Source: a virus
Taxonomy: Duplodnaviria; Heunggongvirae; Uroviricota; Caudoviricetes
Length of the DNA: 56,245 nucleotides
Reading direction: 5' to 3' (one strand)
Virus record (IMG/VR): IMGVR_UViG_3300032321_001382
Shown here: one piece after another, positions 1 through 8,943 of the stretch
Numbering within the stretch: position 1 is the first letter of the stretch
Layout: the number at the start of each line of letters is the position of its first letter
Position numbers and translations under genes: made by a program
Notes under the pieces: generated by a model
Database searches by the model: none
What the model was told of the DNA's origin: nothing
Seen by the model: only the letters and a program-made list of their open reading frames with translations

Positions 1-84
1 GGAAGACCTCAACCTATCGGAGGACTGCAACCAAGGGGGGGGGGGGTGCACATTGACTGCATAGATAGGTGTTAGTTTTGCTTT

Positions 85-270
85 ATGAAAATAAAAAAGG
101 AAGAATTGATAAAAATCGCGCCACACATATTTTATGGATACAAATGTGGTATGTATGTTAAACATAGTGGTTTAGATTATATGTTTATGGGTTATGTTGA
201 TAAAAATCAATGTACATTATCGGATATACATGGAAACAAATTCATAGCATTTTTATGCGATGTAAAATAA
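85..270 (+). CDS. Hypothetical phage protein
   Basis: 61-aa ORF with an A-rich start context; no recognisable motif. Confidence 0.6.
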   Translation: MKIKKEELIKIAPHIFYGYKCGMYVKHSGLDYMFMGYVDKNQCTLSDIHGNKFIAFLCDVK

Positions 271-509
271 CTAAAACCTCAAATAGATTGAGGAGTAAAA
301 AGTATTATATTATAAAATATTATAATAGGATTTAATAATTATCCTATGATATAAATATTAAATAAATGTCTTTGTTGTGATTTCTATAGATTAAAAATCA
401 ATTTTAGGGGGGTGATTAGTACATCTTATCGCATTTTAAAAAATATGCCAAATTTGAGGCTTAAAAATCAAAAAATGTTAAAATTATAGTATTATTATAT
501 AAGATAATA

Positions 510-517
510 TATATTTG
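510..517 (+). promoter_or_regulatory. Bacteroidota sigma70 -7 element (TATATTTG)
   Basis: Matches TAnnTTTG in an AT-rich intergenic region upstream of the early genes. Confidence 0.55.
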
Positions 518-526
518 CATAAAATA

Positions 527-584
527 TTAACAACCCTTTAACATAAAAATATTATTGTTGTATTAAACAATATACATATCTTTG
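527..584 (+). promoter_or_regulatory. TTAACA-N5-TTAACA direct-repeat box (527-543) plus -7 element TATCTTTG (577-584)
   Basis: The same architecture recurs at 7694, 12407 and 20596; lies upstream of ATG 623. Confidence 0.7.
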
Positions 585-622
585 TTATCCTTTTAAATAA
601 CAATATAAAATTAAACAACACT

Positions 623-823
623 ATGGACGATAGAAACGATTACAGTGCGATTCCAGAGCAGCAAGCTCAAATTGACATAACTAGACTAGAGGTTATTAAT
701 CATGCTAAAAATGACCATCCTATTGGTAGGATGCTTACCCTATACAAAGAGCTAGGAGATTTTAAATCAATAGAGTTGTCATATCAAGATGGAAAGAGAA
801 CCTTAAAGATATTTTTAAACTAA
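623..823 (+). CDS. Hypothetical protein
   Basis: 66-aa ORF directly downstream of the promoter. Confidence 0.75.
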   Translation: MDDRNDYSAIPEQQAQIDITRLEVINHAKNDHPIGRMLTLYKELGDFKSIELSYQDGKRTLKIFLN

Positions 824-906
824 TGAATGAATTATGCCCTATACACAGCATAGCATTAAATGATGATGGTATTTGTAATATATGCCTAGAACAATCAAAT
901 AAATAA
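823..906 (+). CDS. Putative 27-aa zinc-binding micropeptide (MNELCPIHSIALNDDGICNICLEQSNK)
   Basis: Fills the gap between ORFs 623-823 and 911; CxxH...CxxC pattern; below the ORF-track size cutoff. Confidence 0.55.
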   Translation: MNELCPIHSIALNDDGICNICLEQSNK

Positions 907-910
907 ACAT

Positions 911-1156
911 ATGAAAGATTATAAAAAACATTGGACTGATAAAGCAGTGAAGGTTTTAGAAGGTAAGACAATTACCAAGGTTCGTTATCTTAATGATAAA
1001 GAAATGAAAAACATGGGATGGTATAAAAGACCTATATGCTTTTTTTTAAATGACGGAACAAGTTGTATACTATCTATGGATGATGAAGGAAATGATGGAG
1101 GTGTTTTATTCTATCAAAACGAATCAGAACCAAATGGTGTACTACCAGTACTATAA
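911..1156 (+). CDS. Hypothetical phage protein
   Basis: 81-aa ORF in a tight operon. Confidence 0.8.
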   Translation: MKDYKKHWTDKAVKVLEGKTITKVRYLNDKEMKNMGWYKRPICFFLNDGTSCILSMDDEGNDGGVLFYQNESEPNGVLPVL

Positions 1157-1159
1157 CCT

Positions 1160-1423
1160 ATGAACAAGCATGATTTAGAATGGTACAAAGAAAGGGTAGG
1201 AAAAAAGGTTTATAGAACCGCATCAACTTGTCCTTGTGAAATATGTAAAGCAGTAGAAGATGTTGGTTTATATATAGCAGATGAACTACACGCTAACTAC
1301 CTATATGATTGCCAAAATGATTTAGACCTTTATTATTTTGATGAAAAACCAAAACAAAAACAACAAATCATTGACATTATGAAAGCAGATGAAGATGATG
1401 GATTATATAACCAAAACAAATAA
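1160..1423 (+). CDS. Hypothetical protein with CxCxxC and a C-terminal 'IIDIMKADEDDGLY' cassette
   Basis: ORF preceded by TAACCT-ATG like its two downstream neighbours. Confidence 0.8.
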   Translation: MNKHDLEWYKERVGKKVYRTASTCPCEICKAVEDVGLYIADELHANYLYDCQNDLDLYYFDEKPKQKQQIIDIMKADEDDGLYNQNK

Positions 1424-1426
1424 CCT

Positions 1427-1639
1427 ATGAAAACAGCAATGCAAGAATTAATTGAATTTTATAAAAATAATAATTCATTTTATAGTTATACTAAAGATGA
1501 TATAATTAAAGTATTACAATTATTCCTTGAAAAAGAAAAAGAGCAGATAAGATTAGCTTTTTTTAGAGATGGACACGAGTTTTGGGATAATATAACATTT
1601 GAGGAATATTACAATCAAACTTATAACAAAAATAAATAA
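1427..1639 (+). CDS. MKTAM-family small early protein
   Basis: MKTAM...EKEKEQI...EEYYNQTY; paralogous to 1643-1927. Confidence 0.85.
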   Translation: MKTAMQELIEFYKNNNSFYSYTKDDIIKVLQLFLEKEKEQIRLAFFRDGHEFWDNITFEEYYNQTYNKNK

Positions 1640-1642
1640 CCT

Positions 1643-1927
1643 ATGAAAACAGCAATGGAATTAGCATTAGCTAGAATTGAAATGCTATATATTGAAAAAG
1701 ATAGCGTTCATTGGGAAATGTATAAGAGTGATTGTATGGAAAAGGAAAAAGAGCAGATGATAGATTTTGCCTATGGATGCACACAGCATATAAGTAAGGA
1801 AGACATTGAAGAATACTACAATAAAACTTATAATCCTAAAAAAGAAGAACTATTGTCTTTCCTAGCAAAACAAGCTCAAGAGCTTGATTTAGGTTATGAA
1901 GAATTTGAATTAGGTGGTGAAGGATAA
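1643..1927 (+). CDS. MKTAM-family small early protein
   Basis: MKTAM...EKEKEQM...EEYYNKTY plus a C-terminal extension. Confidence 0.85.
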   Translation: MKTAMELALARIEMLYIEKDSVHWEMYKSDCMEKEKEQMIDFAYGCTQHISKEDIEEYYNKTYNPKKEELLSFLAKQAQELDLGYEEFELGGEG

Positions 1928-1939
1928 AATAAATATATA

Positions 1940-2146
1940 ATGGAAAAAGAAAAATTGATTGAATTAAATAATGGAGTAATAGAAGAATCAAAATTTTGGA
2001 TAAAATGGTATAATACACATCTAGGTAGTCCTGATATAAGAAAAGACCAAATACAAGTAATTTCAAGACTATTATTAAATTTTAATAAGGTAAAAGACTA
2101 TGCTGAAAAAGAAAACAAAACATTATATAATCAATTAACTAAATAA
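1940..2146 (+). CDS. Hypothetical protein
   Basis: 68-aa ORF in operon. Confidence 0.75.
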   Translation: MEKEKLIELNNGVIEESKFWIKWYNTHLGSPDIRKDQIQVISRLLLNFNKVKDYAEKENKTLYNQLTK

Positions 2147-2147
2147 T

Positions 2148-2351
2148 ATGCCAGACATAACAATGTGTAAAGGACAAGTAGGTGCTATTATCTGCCCATA
2201 TAAGGATAAGTGCTATCGTTACACAGCCAAGGCTAATGAATTAGCTCAAAGCTTTTTTGTAGACTTACCACTAAAAGATGGTAAATGTGATTTGTATTGG
2301 GGTGATAATGGAGAAAGTATATGGAATCAATTAAAAGAAATATTAAAATAA
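2148..2351 (+). CDS. Cys-rich hypothetical phage protein (MPDITMC...CPYKDKCYRY)
   Basis: ORF with a Cys pattern I recall from small phage proteins. Confidence 0.8.
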   Translation: MPDITMCKGQVGAIICPYKDKCYRYTAKANELAQSFFVDLPLKDGKCDLYWGDNGESIWNQLKEILK

Positions 2352-2399
2352 ACAAAGGTGATAGAATTAAATTAAAATAAACAAAGGTGATAGAATTAA
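2342..2399. repeat. Perfect 29-bp tandem duplication (ATTAAAATAAACAAAGGTGATAGAATTAA x2)
   Basis: Copies at 2342-2370 and 2371-2399 span the MTase start region. Confidence 0.9.
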
Positions 2400-3121
2400 A
2401 TAAAATATATAACGAAGATTGCCTTACTACTATGGGTAGAATAGAAGATAGTAGTATTGATTTAATAATAACATCGCCACCATATAATAAAGGATATTGG
2501 AGTAGTAATAGAAATTTAAACAATGGTTTTAAAACCAAATCAAGGAGAATAGACTATGGAGAATACAATGATGATTTAGACCCTATTGAATATGAGAAAA
2601 ACCAAATAAAGGTAATATCTGAATGTTTAAGAATATTAAAGCCAACTGGTAGTTTATTTTATAATCATATTGATATTTTAAATAAACATCAAACCATACA
2701 CCCCAAATGGGTATATAACTTTCCTTTAAAGCAGACAATTATATGGGATAGAAGAAATACACCCAAATTAGATAAATCATATTTTTTCCCAATAAATGAG
2801 TATATTTTTTGGATTCAAAAAGATAATAAATCAAGGGTTTATTTTAATAGACATAATGCTATAATGAATAAATCTATTTGGTCTATGAGTTCAGATAATA
2901 AAAATAAATTTGCAGCACCATTTCCTAAATCTTTACCAATGAATTGTATATTATCTTGTAGCAAAGAAAATGATATTATATACGACCCATATAGCGGTAG
3001 TGGAACAACTTGTCTTTCTGCAAAAGAATTAAATAGGAATTTTATAGGAAGTGAGATAAGTAAAGAACATTCTGAAAAATCTATATTAAGAATATTACAA
3101 CCAAATCTATTTACTATATGA
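2387..3121 (+). CDS. Orphan DNA methyltransferase, N4-cytosine/N6-adenine family, beta-class motif order
   Basis: Catalytic TSPPY near the N-terminus and SAM-binding DPYSGSGTT near the C-terminus; GTG start. Confidence 0.93.
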   Translation: MIELNKIYNEDCLTTMGRIEDSSIDLIITSPPYNKGYWSSNRNLNNGFKTKSRRIDYGEYNDDLDPIEYEKNQIKVISECLRILKPTGSLFYNHIDILNKHQTIHPKWVYNFPLKQTIIWDRRNTPKLDKSYFFPINEYIFWIQKDNKSRVYFNRHNAIMNKSIWSMSSDNKNKFAAPFPKSLPMNCILSCSKENDIIYDPYSGSGTTCLSAKELNRNFIGSEISKEHSEKSILRILQPNLFTI

Positions 3122-3327
3122 AACAAATACTTACGGCTAGAGAGCTAATAAATTACTTAGATAAAAAGACTGCTGAATTAGAGGGCACTATTATGATTAA
3201 GCAATTATTTCCAATTGACTCTAATAAGGTAGATAAGCAAGAGGCTTTTGAACATGGAATACAAATTGGTAAGTTACAAGGGCAAAGAGATGTATTACTT
3301 GAATTAGCTTTATTATTAAAATTCTAA
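3118..3327 (+). CDS. Hypothetical protein
   Basis: 4-nt overlap with the MTase stop. Confidence 0.75.
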   Translation: MKQILTARELINYLDKKTAELEGTIMIKQLFPIDSNKVDKQEAFEHGIQIGKLQGQRDVLLELALLLKF

Positions 3328-3331
3328 CATC

Positions 3332-3481
3332 ATGATAAACTTTTACAAAAGTGAAGACACTATATATATAATACCAGCTATAAGCTTTTGGTATGATTAT
3401 AATTATTATTCAGAGGGGTTAAGTGATTTAACATTTGAAATATCTTGGATTAAATGGACTTTAAGTATAAAAATAAAATAA
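3332..3481 (+). CDS. Hypothetical 49-aa protein (MINFYKSEDTIYIIPAISFW...)
   Basis: Fills an operon gap; below the track cutoff. Confidence 0.6.
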   Translation: MINFYKSEDTIYIIPAISFWYDYNYYSEGLSDLTFEISWIKWTLSIKIK

Positions 3482-3490
3482 AAATAAAAA

Positions 3491-3655
3491 ATGAAACATT
3501 TATCAGCTATTGAGGTATTTATATTTGCTATTCAAGAACAAATGAAAAAGATGGATGATAAGGAATCTGATATATATCTTACCCTTGCAGCCTGCAAACA
3601 ACTTGCTATGGATATTAAAAACTTTCCTGAAACCAAACCAAATGAAAATGAATAA
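3491..3655 (+). CDS. Hypothetical 54-aa protein (MKHLSAIEVFIFAIQEQ...)
   Basis: A-rich ATG context; explains the 5' part of the track ORF at 3555. Confidence 0.65.
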   Translation: MKHLSAIEVFIFAIQEQMKKMDDKESDIYLTLAACKQLAMDIKNFPETKPNENE

Positions 3656-3842
3656 TGAAATAATCTTATGGAAAGATGGTGATTATGTTGCCAAGGGTGG
3701 TTTCTTTATAAGAAACGATATAAAAGATTTTATAAAGACACTTATAGAATCAGGATATGAACCAGTTGGTATTAAGATTGATATAGAAAGCTATAATGTA
3801 GAGGTTATGGTAAAATCTAAATTAGAAGACATTAAAGATTAA
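3648..3842 (+). CDS. Hypothetical protein
   Basis: Track ORF 3555-3842 re-started at ATG 3648, which overlaps the upstream stop. Confidence 0.7.
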   Translation: MNNEIILWKDGDYVAKGGFFIRNDIKDFIKTLIESGYEPVGIKIDIESYNVEVMVKSKLEDIKD

Positions 3843-3844
3843 AT

Positions 3845-4114
3845 ATGATAATAATAACTTTATTACTATTGAATTATATAATAGCTAGGCTTTTAGTTAA
3901 GTTAACTATTAAATTAAGTTCAATTTATGTACACAATAGTCAAATACTTGCCCCTACGATAAAAAAGGAAATGTATGAAATGTATGTAAAGATATACCAA
4001 GACCAAAAGTGTTTAGATAATATACTATTAATGCACATACCTATATACAATTTAATTGAGTGCTTCTTTGTATATATGGCAATATTAAATGTAAAAGAAA
4101 AATTAAATAAATAA
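3845..4114 (+). CDS. Hypothetical membrane protein
   Basis: Hydrophobic N- and C-terminal segments. Confidence 0.65.
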   Translation: MIIITLLLLNYIIARLLVKLTIKLSSIYVHNSQILAPTIKKEMYEMYVKIYQDQKCLDNILLMHIPIYNLIECFFVYMAILNVKEKLNK

Positions 4115-4115
4115 T

Positions 4116-4454
4116 ATGGAAAACTTAACAACATCAACATTGGATAGTCTTATAGGTACTTCTGGTACATCTACTACCAACACATTAAATATAGATAAAA
4201 TCGTATTTGATACTGCAAAACATTCAACTTCTAGTACTTATAACTTGTACTCTAAGCCTGAATTAATAGACACTATAGTTACAAAAGATTATATAGAGTT
4301 AGTATATAAAAGACAATATATGGTTTCTAATAATTGGGGTATGCCCAATCCAGAAATATATAAAGATGTTTATAGTAGACATGGAGGAGATGTACGAAGG
4401 GTTATTGGTACATATATACCAGAACAATCAGAATCATATGAATTTGAAGAATAA
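4116..4454 (+). CDS. Hypothetical protein
   Basis: 112-aa ORF with a Thr/Ser-rich N-terminus. Confidence 0.8.
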   Translation: MENLTTSTLDSLIGTSGTSTTNTLNIDKIVFDTAKHSTSSTYNLYSKPELIDTIVTKDYIELVYKRQYMVSNNWGMPNPEIYKDVYSRHGGDVRRVIGTYIPEQSESYEFEE

Positions 4455-4468
4455 TTAATAAAAACAAA

Positions 4469-4729
4469 ATGAAAAAAACACCCATCAACAAACTTACAGA
4501 AAAAATTGACCTACTCATAAACCTTGAGATAGAACAAGCAATGAAAAACAAAGTATACGAAAAGGTTAAAATTAGCGATTTGCCACAAATACAAGCTTAT
4601 AGCTATATATTAACATTAATTGAAAAAATGGATTTAATACAATATGAAAAACAAACCATAGTAGATGCTTGGGATGATATGTCAAAGGTTAAAAATGGGG
4701 AAGAATATTATGCTATTAATTTTAAGTAA
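4469..4729 (+). CDS. MKTA-like family small protein
   Basis: EKQTIVDAW...GEEYY resembles the C-terminal cassette of 1427 and 1643. Confidence 0.8.
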   Translation: MKKTPINKLTEKIDLLINLEIEQAMKNKVYEKVKISDLPQIQAYSYILTLIEKMDLIQYEKQTIVDAWDDMSKVKNGEEYYAINFK

Positions 4730-4829
4730 ATATAAATATGATATATTATTGGCTTTGGTTCTAGTAATATTGTTTATTATAATATATTTATCAGTAGATA
4801 ATGACGAAGACACCGATTATTTAAGTTAA
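4710..4829 (+). CDS. Putative 39-aa single-TM peptide
   Basis: MLLILSKYKYDILLALVLVILFIIIYLSVDNDEDTDYLS fills the intergenic gap. Confidence 0.5.
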   Translation: MLLILSKYKYDILLALVLVILFIIIYLSVDNDEDTDYLS

Positions 4830-4840
4830 AAAATAAAAAA

Positions 4841-5152
4841 ATGAATGTATTTAAACTAGAATCTAAAAATGATGTGCAAAAGATATTTAAATCGCACGAT
4901 GTAGACATTTATGTAGGAAAGGCTTTTGATGAAGAATCAAATAAACACTTCCTTATATTTAGCATACCAGTAATACCAGAAGCTGGAGTTCAACATATAC
5001 AATACCCCTTTGTATTTGATACGGAAAAGGAAAGAGATGATGTTTTCATACATATTGATGAAAATTACGCATCTGATTTTCTAGACAAATTAATTACTCA
5101 AATAGAAGAAAACAAAAAACAAGTTTCTAATGAAAGTAATATACAGAATTAG
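4841..5152 (+). CDS. Hypothetical protein
   Basis: 103-aa ORF. Confidence 0.8.
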   Translation: MNVFKLESKNDVQKIFKSHDVDIYVGKAFDEESNKHFLIFSIPVIPEAGVQHIQYPFVFDTEKERDDVFIHIDENYASDFLDKLITQIEENKKQVSNESNIQN

Positions 5153-5828
5153 TGATGGTGGATATAAAAAACAAAAGCCAGACTATATTACTAAAGTTGA
5201 TTGTTTTGAAAATGCTTTAAAACACTTCTATGATTTTTACATAATACAAGATGGAGAACTAAAAGATGATAATATAATATTTAATATGATTCGTTTAGCC
5301 CAAAAGTATAATGTAAAAGCAGAAAGGTCATTAGTTAGTATGGGTAATGGTGCTAGCACCTTTAATTTAGCACTAGATTATGCTTTGACCCTAGATGACA
5401 ATGAAATAGTATATTTTCTAGAGGACGACTATTTACATAGAGATGGGGCTAAATTAGCATTAGAAGATGCTTTTAAGCTACCAATTGATTATGTAACCCT
5501 ATACGACCATCCAGATAAATATATGAATCCCATAGATGGTGGAAATCCATTCTGCGAAGGTCTTAGTGAAAAAACTAGAGTTTATTGTGGTTTATTTTGC
5601 CATTATAAGATAACCAATAGCACTACAATGACATTTGCAGCAAAAGTAAGTACACTTAAAAGAGATGAGGCAATATTAAGGAAATGGACTAATGGTACTC
5701 ATCCTAATGACTTTGAAATGTTTAAAGAACTTAATATAGAAAGAAAATTAATATCATCAATTCCAGCATATTCAACGCATGGAGAATCACAATGGTTAAG
5801 TCCAATAATAAACTGGGAAAATATATGA
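5130..5828 (+). CDS. GT-A fold glycosyltransferase (GT2-like)
   Basis: IVYFLEDDYLH DxD-type motif, YVTLYDHPDKY and a STTMTF segment. Confidence 0.75.
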   Translation: MKVIYRISDGGYKKQKPDYITKVDCFENALKHFYDFYIIQDGELKDDNIIFNMIRLAQKYNVKAERSLVSMGNGASTFNLALDYALTLDDNEIVYFLEDDYLHRDGAKLALEDAFKLPIDYVTLYDHPDKYMNPIDGGNPFCEGLSEKTRVYCGLFCHYKITNSTTMTFAAKVSTLKRDEAILRKWTNGTHPNDFEMFKELNIERKLISSIPAYSTHGESQWLSPIINWENI

Positions 5829-6625
5829 AAACAAAGTTCGATATAAGTATATATCAAATAAGAAAGAAAGACGTAAGTAGCGCATTTGTAGTAAATGACC
5901 TTAGATTTGCTTTGTTCCCAAAAGACAATGCAATTACATCTAGTATAATAGAGGGTTGGCAATACGAGTCATATATGTTTGAGTTCTTATATAAAAATCA
6001 TATTAAAACACTTGGAAAGGATATAGTTGATATTGGTGGTAATAACGGAAACTTTGCAATAGACTTTGCTCACATGGTTGGGGATGATGGAAAGGTGCAT
6101 TCATTTGAACCACAAAGGTTAATATACTATCAATTATGTGGCAATGTATTTATTAATGGCTTAGACAATGTTTATTGTCATAACCTAGCTATTGGTAGCT
6201 GTGTTGATAAGGTTTATATTGAAACCCCAAATTACTTTGAAAAAGGATATGTAAACTTTGGTAATGTTAAAGTTGGTAAGAAGGGTGATTTGGTTGTGCA
6301 AGTACCATTAGACTCATTTGAAAATGATTTTAAAGATGTTGTATTCATAAAGATAGATGTACAAGGATATGAATTAAATGTAATTAATGGTGCAGTCAAT
6401 ACCATAAAAAAACATAGACCATACATTTTTGTAGAGTTTGAGGAAGATTTATTACAAGATGCTGGAACTAGTGAAAAGGAGCTTCAGGAAAAAATAGAAT
6501 CATTAGGATATATAGTTAAAAGATTCCATGATGGGATATTACATCAAACAACCAGTGGTAAATGCCTTGATTGTGTTTGTATACCAAAAGAGAAATTTGA
6601 AGAGTTTAATCACTTAATACCTTAG
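5825..6625 (+). CDS. FkbM-family SAM-dependent methyltransferase
   Basis: VDIGGNNG, VHSFEPQ and FIKIDVQGYE motifs; start moved to ATG 5825. Confidence 0.92.
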   Translation: MKTKFDISIYQIRKKDVSSAFVVNDLRFALFPKDNAITSSIIEGWQYESYMFEFLYKNHIKTLGKDIVDIGGNNGNFAIDFAHMVGDDGKVHSFEPQRLIYYQLCGNVFINGLDNVYCHNLAIGSCVDKVYIETPNYFEKGYVNFGNVKVGKKGDLVVQVPLDSFENDFKDVVFIKIDVQGYELNVINGAVNTIKKHRPYIFVEFEEDLLQDAGTSEKELQEKIESLGYIVKRFHDGILHQTTSGKCLDCVCIPKEKFEEFNHLIP

Positions 6626-6626
6626 T

Positions 6627-6830
6627 ATGATGTTACAATTAAATCCAATGATTCCAATTATAAGGAAATCTGACAATATGAAAGGGTATGCTTTTTTAAC
6701 CATTGACTATTCCCAAGAACATTATATATTATTTGTTTGTGCTATGGATAATGGAGATATATGGAGTTTGGATAATAGAGAAATATCAATTCAAGAAAAT
6801 ACATCACTGGGGCGTAAAATTGAAAAATAA
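6627..6830 (+). CDS. Conserved hypothetical phage protein (LQLNP...IDYSQE...N...GR)
   Basis: Pattern recalled from small phage proteins. Confidence 0.75.
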   Translation: MMLQLNPMIPIIRKSDNMKGYAFLTIDYSQEHYILFVCAMDNGDIWSLDNREISIQENTSLGRKIEK

Positions 6831-6831
6831 T

Positions 6832-7041
6832 ATGAAAACAGCATTTACAATTGTTTGGGAAGAATGTAACTTGGTTTTAGAAAAAGACGAATTTTATGAG
6901 TGGCTTCAAAAACATTCATTTGAATTAATACATTATGAAAAAGACTTTATATTAAAACTTATACAATATGTAAAAGAAAATACCGATAAAACAGAAATAG
7001 AAATATATAATAATTTTTTAAAAACACAAGCCTTAAAATAA
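6832..7041 (+). CDS. MKTA-family small protein
   Basis: Starts ATGAAAACAGCA like 1427 and 1643; track ORF 6703 re-started here. Confidence 0.75.
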   Translation: MKTAFTIVWEECNLVLEKDEFYEWLQKHSFELIHYEKDFILKLIQYVKENTDKTEIEIYNNFLKTQALK

Positions 7042-7042
7042 T

Positions 7043-7438
7043 ATGAAATTTAGAGCGACAATAAGCATAGACTATGATGATACAATAGTTTATCAAGACT
7101 TTCCAAATACTGGAACAATAAAGCCAAACGCGGTTGAGGTTATTAATAGACTTTATGATGAAGGTCACCATATTCTCATATGGACTTGTAGGGCTTTAGA
7201 AAATGTAAAAATAGCCAAAAGATACCTAATTGAATGTGGAGTAAGATTCCACCTAATTAATGAGAATTTACCAAGTAATATTGAAAAGTATGGTGGAGAT
7301 ACTCGTAAGATGTCTGCTGATATTTATATTGATGATAGACAACTGGGTGGAATACCAGAAGATTGGCTTGAAATTGAAAGAATGGTAAGAAATGATATAA
7401 TAAAGGCTGAAAAGATAAGAAAGGCTAAAAACAGATAA
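7043..7438 (+). CDS. Capless HAD-superfamily phosphatase
   Basis: Motif I DYDDT, motif II IWTCR, and K...ADIYIDDR motifs III/IV. Confidence 0.88.
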   Translation: MKFRATISIDYDDTIVYQDFPNTGTIKPNAVEVINRLYDEGHHILIWTCRALENVKIAKRYLIECGVRFHLINENLPSNIEKYGGDTRKMSADIYIDDRQLGGIPEDWLEIERMVRNDIIKAEKIRKAKNR

Positions 7439-7439
7439 T

Positions 7440-7697
7440 ATGAATGGTAAAATATACCCAATTGGCGATGCTTATGTAGTCCAAGATATAGAAAATGGGC
7501 AAAAATATGTAGTTCGTAAAGAAGATAGTGATTTAAGCTATGTGGTTGGCTCTGATGTCGTTTATAGGGTAGATAATGGATTTGCTTTAATACAAGAATG
7601 TGTAACCTCTGCACCAATACATAATATTAGTGTTGGCTGGATATGTCCTAGGTGCAATAAGGTCAATGCCCCACATAAGCTTAATTGCGATTGTTAA
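7440..7697 (+). CDS. Hypothetical protein with a C-terminal zinc ribbon
   Basis: GWICPRC...NAP...CDC. Confidence 0.8.
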   Translation: MNGKIYPIGDAYVVQDIENGQKYVVRKEDSDLSYVVGSDVVYRVDNGFALIQECVTSAPIHNISVGWICPRCNKVNAPHKLNCDC

Positions 7698-7748
7698 CAA
7701 AATTTTAACAGATATTTGTTATTTAATAAGACAATATGTGTACCTTTA
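7694..7748 (+). promoter_or_regulatory. TTAACA-N5-TTAACA box (7694-7710) plus near-consensus -7 element TACCTTTA (7741-7748)
   Basis: Same architecture as at 527, 12407 and 20596; upstream of ATG 7770. Confidence 0.65.
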
Positions 7749-7769
7749 TGTAAACAAAAACACACTAAA

Positions 7770-8153
7770 ATGAAAAAAGCTCTAAAAATTGATGTGGTTA
7801 ATCAAACAGTAACCAATATCTTAATTAATGACCTTGAAGACATTTACAAGGAAATAGGTAATGGATGTCAGCTATTCTGCTGTCCCATTAACTTTGACAA
7901 TGGAGATACCTTATATGCAGATGATGAATCCCTACTTAGGGAAAATGTAGAAGGATGCTTTATGATGGATAGCTGGTCTTATGCAATAGTTGGAAATGCT
8001 ATTATATTAGGAACCGATGATGAAGGAGAGTCTATAGATTGTAAATCTTCTATTATGGATATATATAAGAACCTTATATGGGGCGACAAAAGAGTTGCTG
8101 AAAAATATAGAGAGACTGCATTGTCTAGTACACCACAATTTATTTTTTGTTAA
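7770..8153 (+). CDS. DUF3846-like protein
   Basis: ALKID...DLEDIYKEIG...GDTLYADDESLL...IVGNAIILG...GES pattern; start moved to ATG 7770. Confidence 0.75.
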   Translation: MKKALKIDVVNQTVTNILINDLEDIYKEIGNGCQLFCCPINFDNGDTLYADDESLLRENVEGCFMMDSWSYAIVGNAIILGTDDEGESIDCKSSIMDIYKNLIWGDKRVAEKYRETALSSTPQFIFC

Positions 8154-8168
8154 TTTAATTTAATTTTT

Positions 8169-8543
8169 ATGAAAAAGCTATTATTAATCTCAATTTTATT
8201 TTTTTCTATTTTCAACCTAAATGCACAACATTATAGAAATTATGAAAGAAAACCAATACGTCATTATTATCGAGAACATATACACCCAGAACGACCTAAA
8301 ATAAATATTTTACCCATATTAGGTGCTATTGTTGCTACTGCTATAATAAGTAGTGAACTAAATGATTATGATGATTATAACTTAAACTCTCGTCAACTAA
8401 TGAGAAAACATTATTATCAAAATCAATTAGAATTACAAAGACTTGAATATCTAGAAAGACAATCTATTATTTTAGAAAGACAAAATTGTAATAAACAAAG
8501 GGGCTTTTTAGGTATTTTCCCTAAAAGACACCATAGGTTTTAA
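8169..8543 (+). CDS. Secreted or membrane hypothetical protein
   Basis: Signal peptide (MKKLLLISILFFSIFNLNA) and an internal hydrophobic segment. Confidence 0.75.
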   Translation: MKKLLLISILFFSIFNLNAQHYRNYERKPIRHYYREHIHPERPKINILPILGAIVATAIISSELNDYDDYNLNSRQLMRKHYYQNQLELQRLEYLERQSIILERQNCNKQRGFLGIFPKRHHRF

Positions 8544-8561
8544 TAATTAAAAAAATATTTT

Positions 8562-8843
8562 ATGGATTATGTAGTTGCTAGAGAATTATACAAGAAAAGT
8601 GTAGTAGATTTTAGTAAAGGCTGGAAAGTAGATTTAACAGACCACCAAATAAATACTATGATTAGCGTAATGCTACATAGAGATGGTATTATGAATGGCG
8701 GTAGTTTTGTAGAGGCTGTTGCTAATAATGACCTTTATGGTGCTATTACAAATGCTGATATAGAAAACTTTCAAAACCTTAAGTTGGTTACACTATGTTT
8801 TAAGAACAATCATATACATCCAATACCTAAAATAGATAAATAA
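8562..8843 (+). CDS. Hypothetical phage protein
   Basis: 93-aa ORF containing GGSFVEAVANNDL. Confidence 0.8.
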   Translation: MDYVVARELYKKSVVDFSKGWKVDLTDHQINTMISVMLHRDGIMNGGSFVEAVANNDLYGAITNADIENFQNLKLVTLCFKNNHIHPIPKIDK

Positions 8844-8849
8844 ACAAAA

Positions 8850-8923
8850 TCCTAAATAGCTCAGTTGGTTAGAGCATTTGACTGTTAATCAAAGGGTCGC
8901 TGGTTCGAGTCCAGCTTTGGGAG
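8850..8923 (+). tRNA. trnN: tRNA-Asn(GUU)
   Basis: Full cloverleaf: TCCTAAA/TTTGGGA acceptor, GCTC/GAGC D-stem, TTTGA-CT[GTT]AA-TCAAA, GCTGG-TTCGAGT-CCAGC; CCA not encoded. Confidence 0.97.
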
Positions 8924-8943
8924 CGAAAATAAATTAAATAAAT

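Noticed and set aside
35-46. G12 homopolymer in AT-rich DNA
   Set aside because: It lies at the window edge with no context. It may be a sequencing or assembly artefact, and no phase-variable gene can be tied to it.
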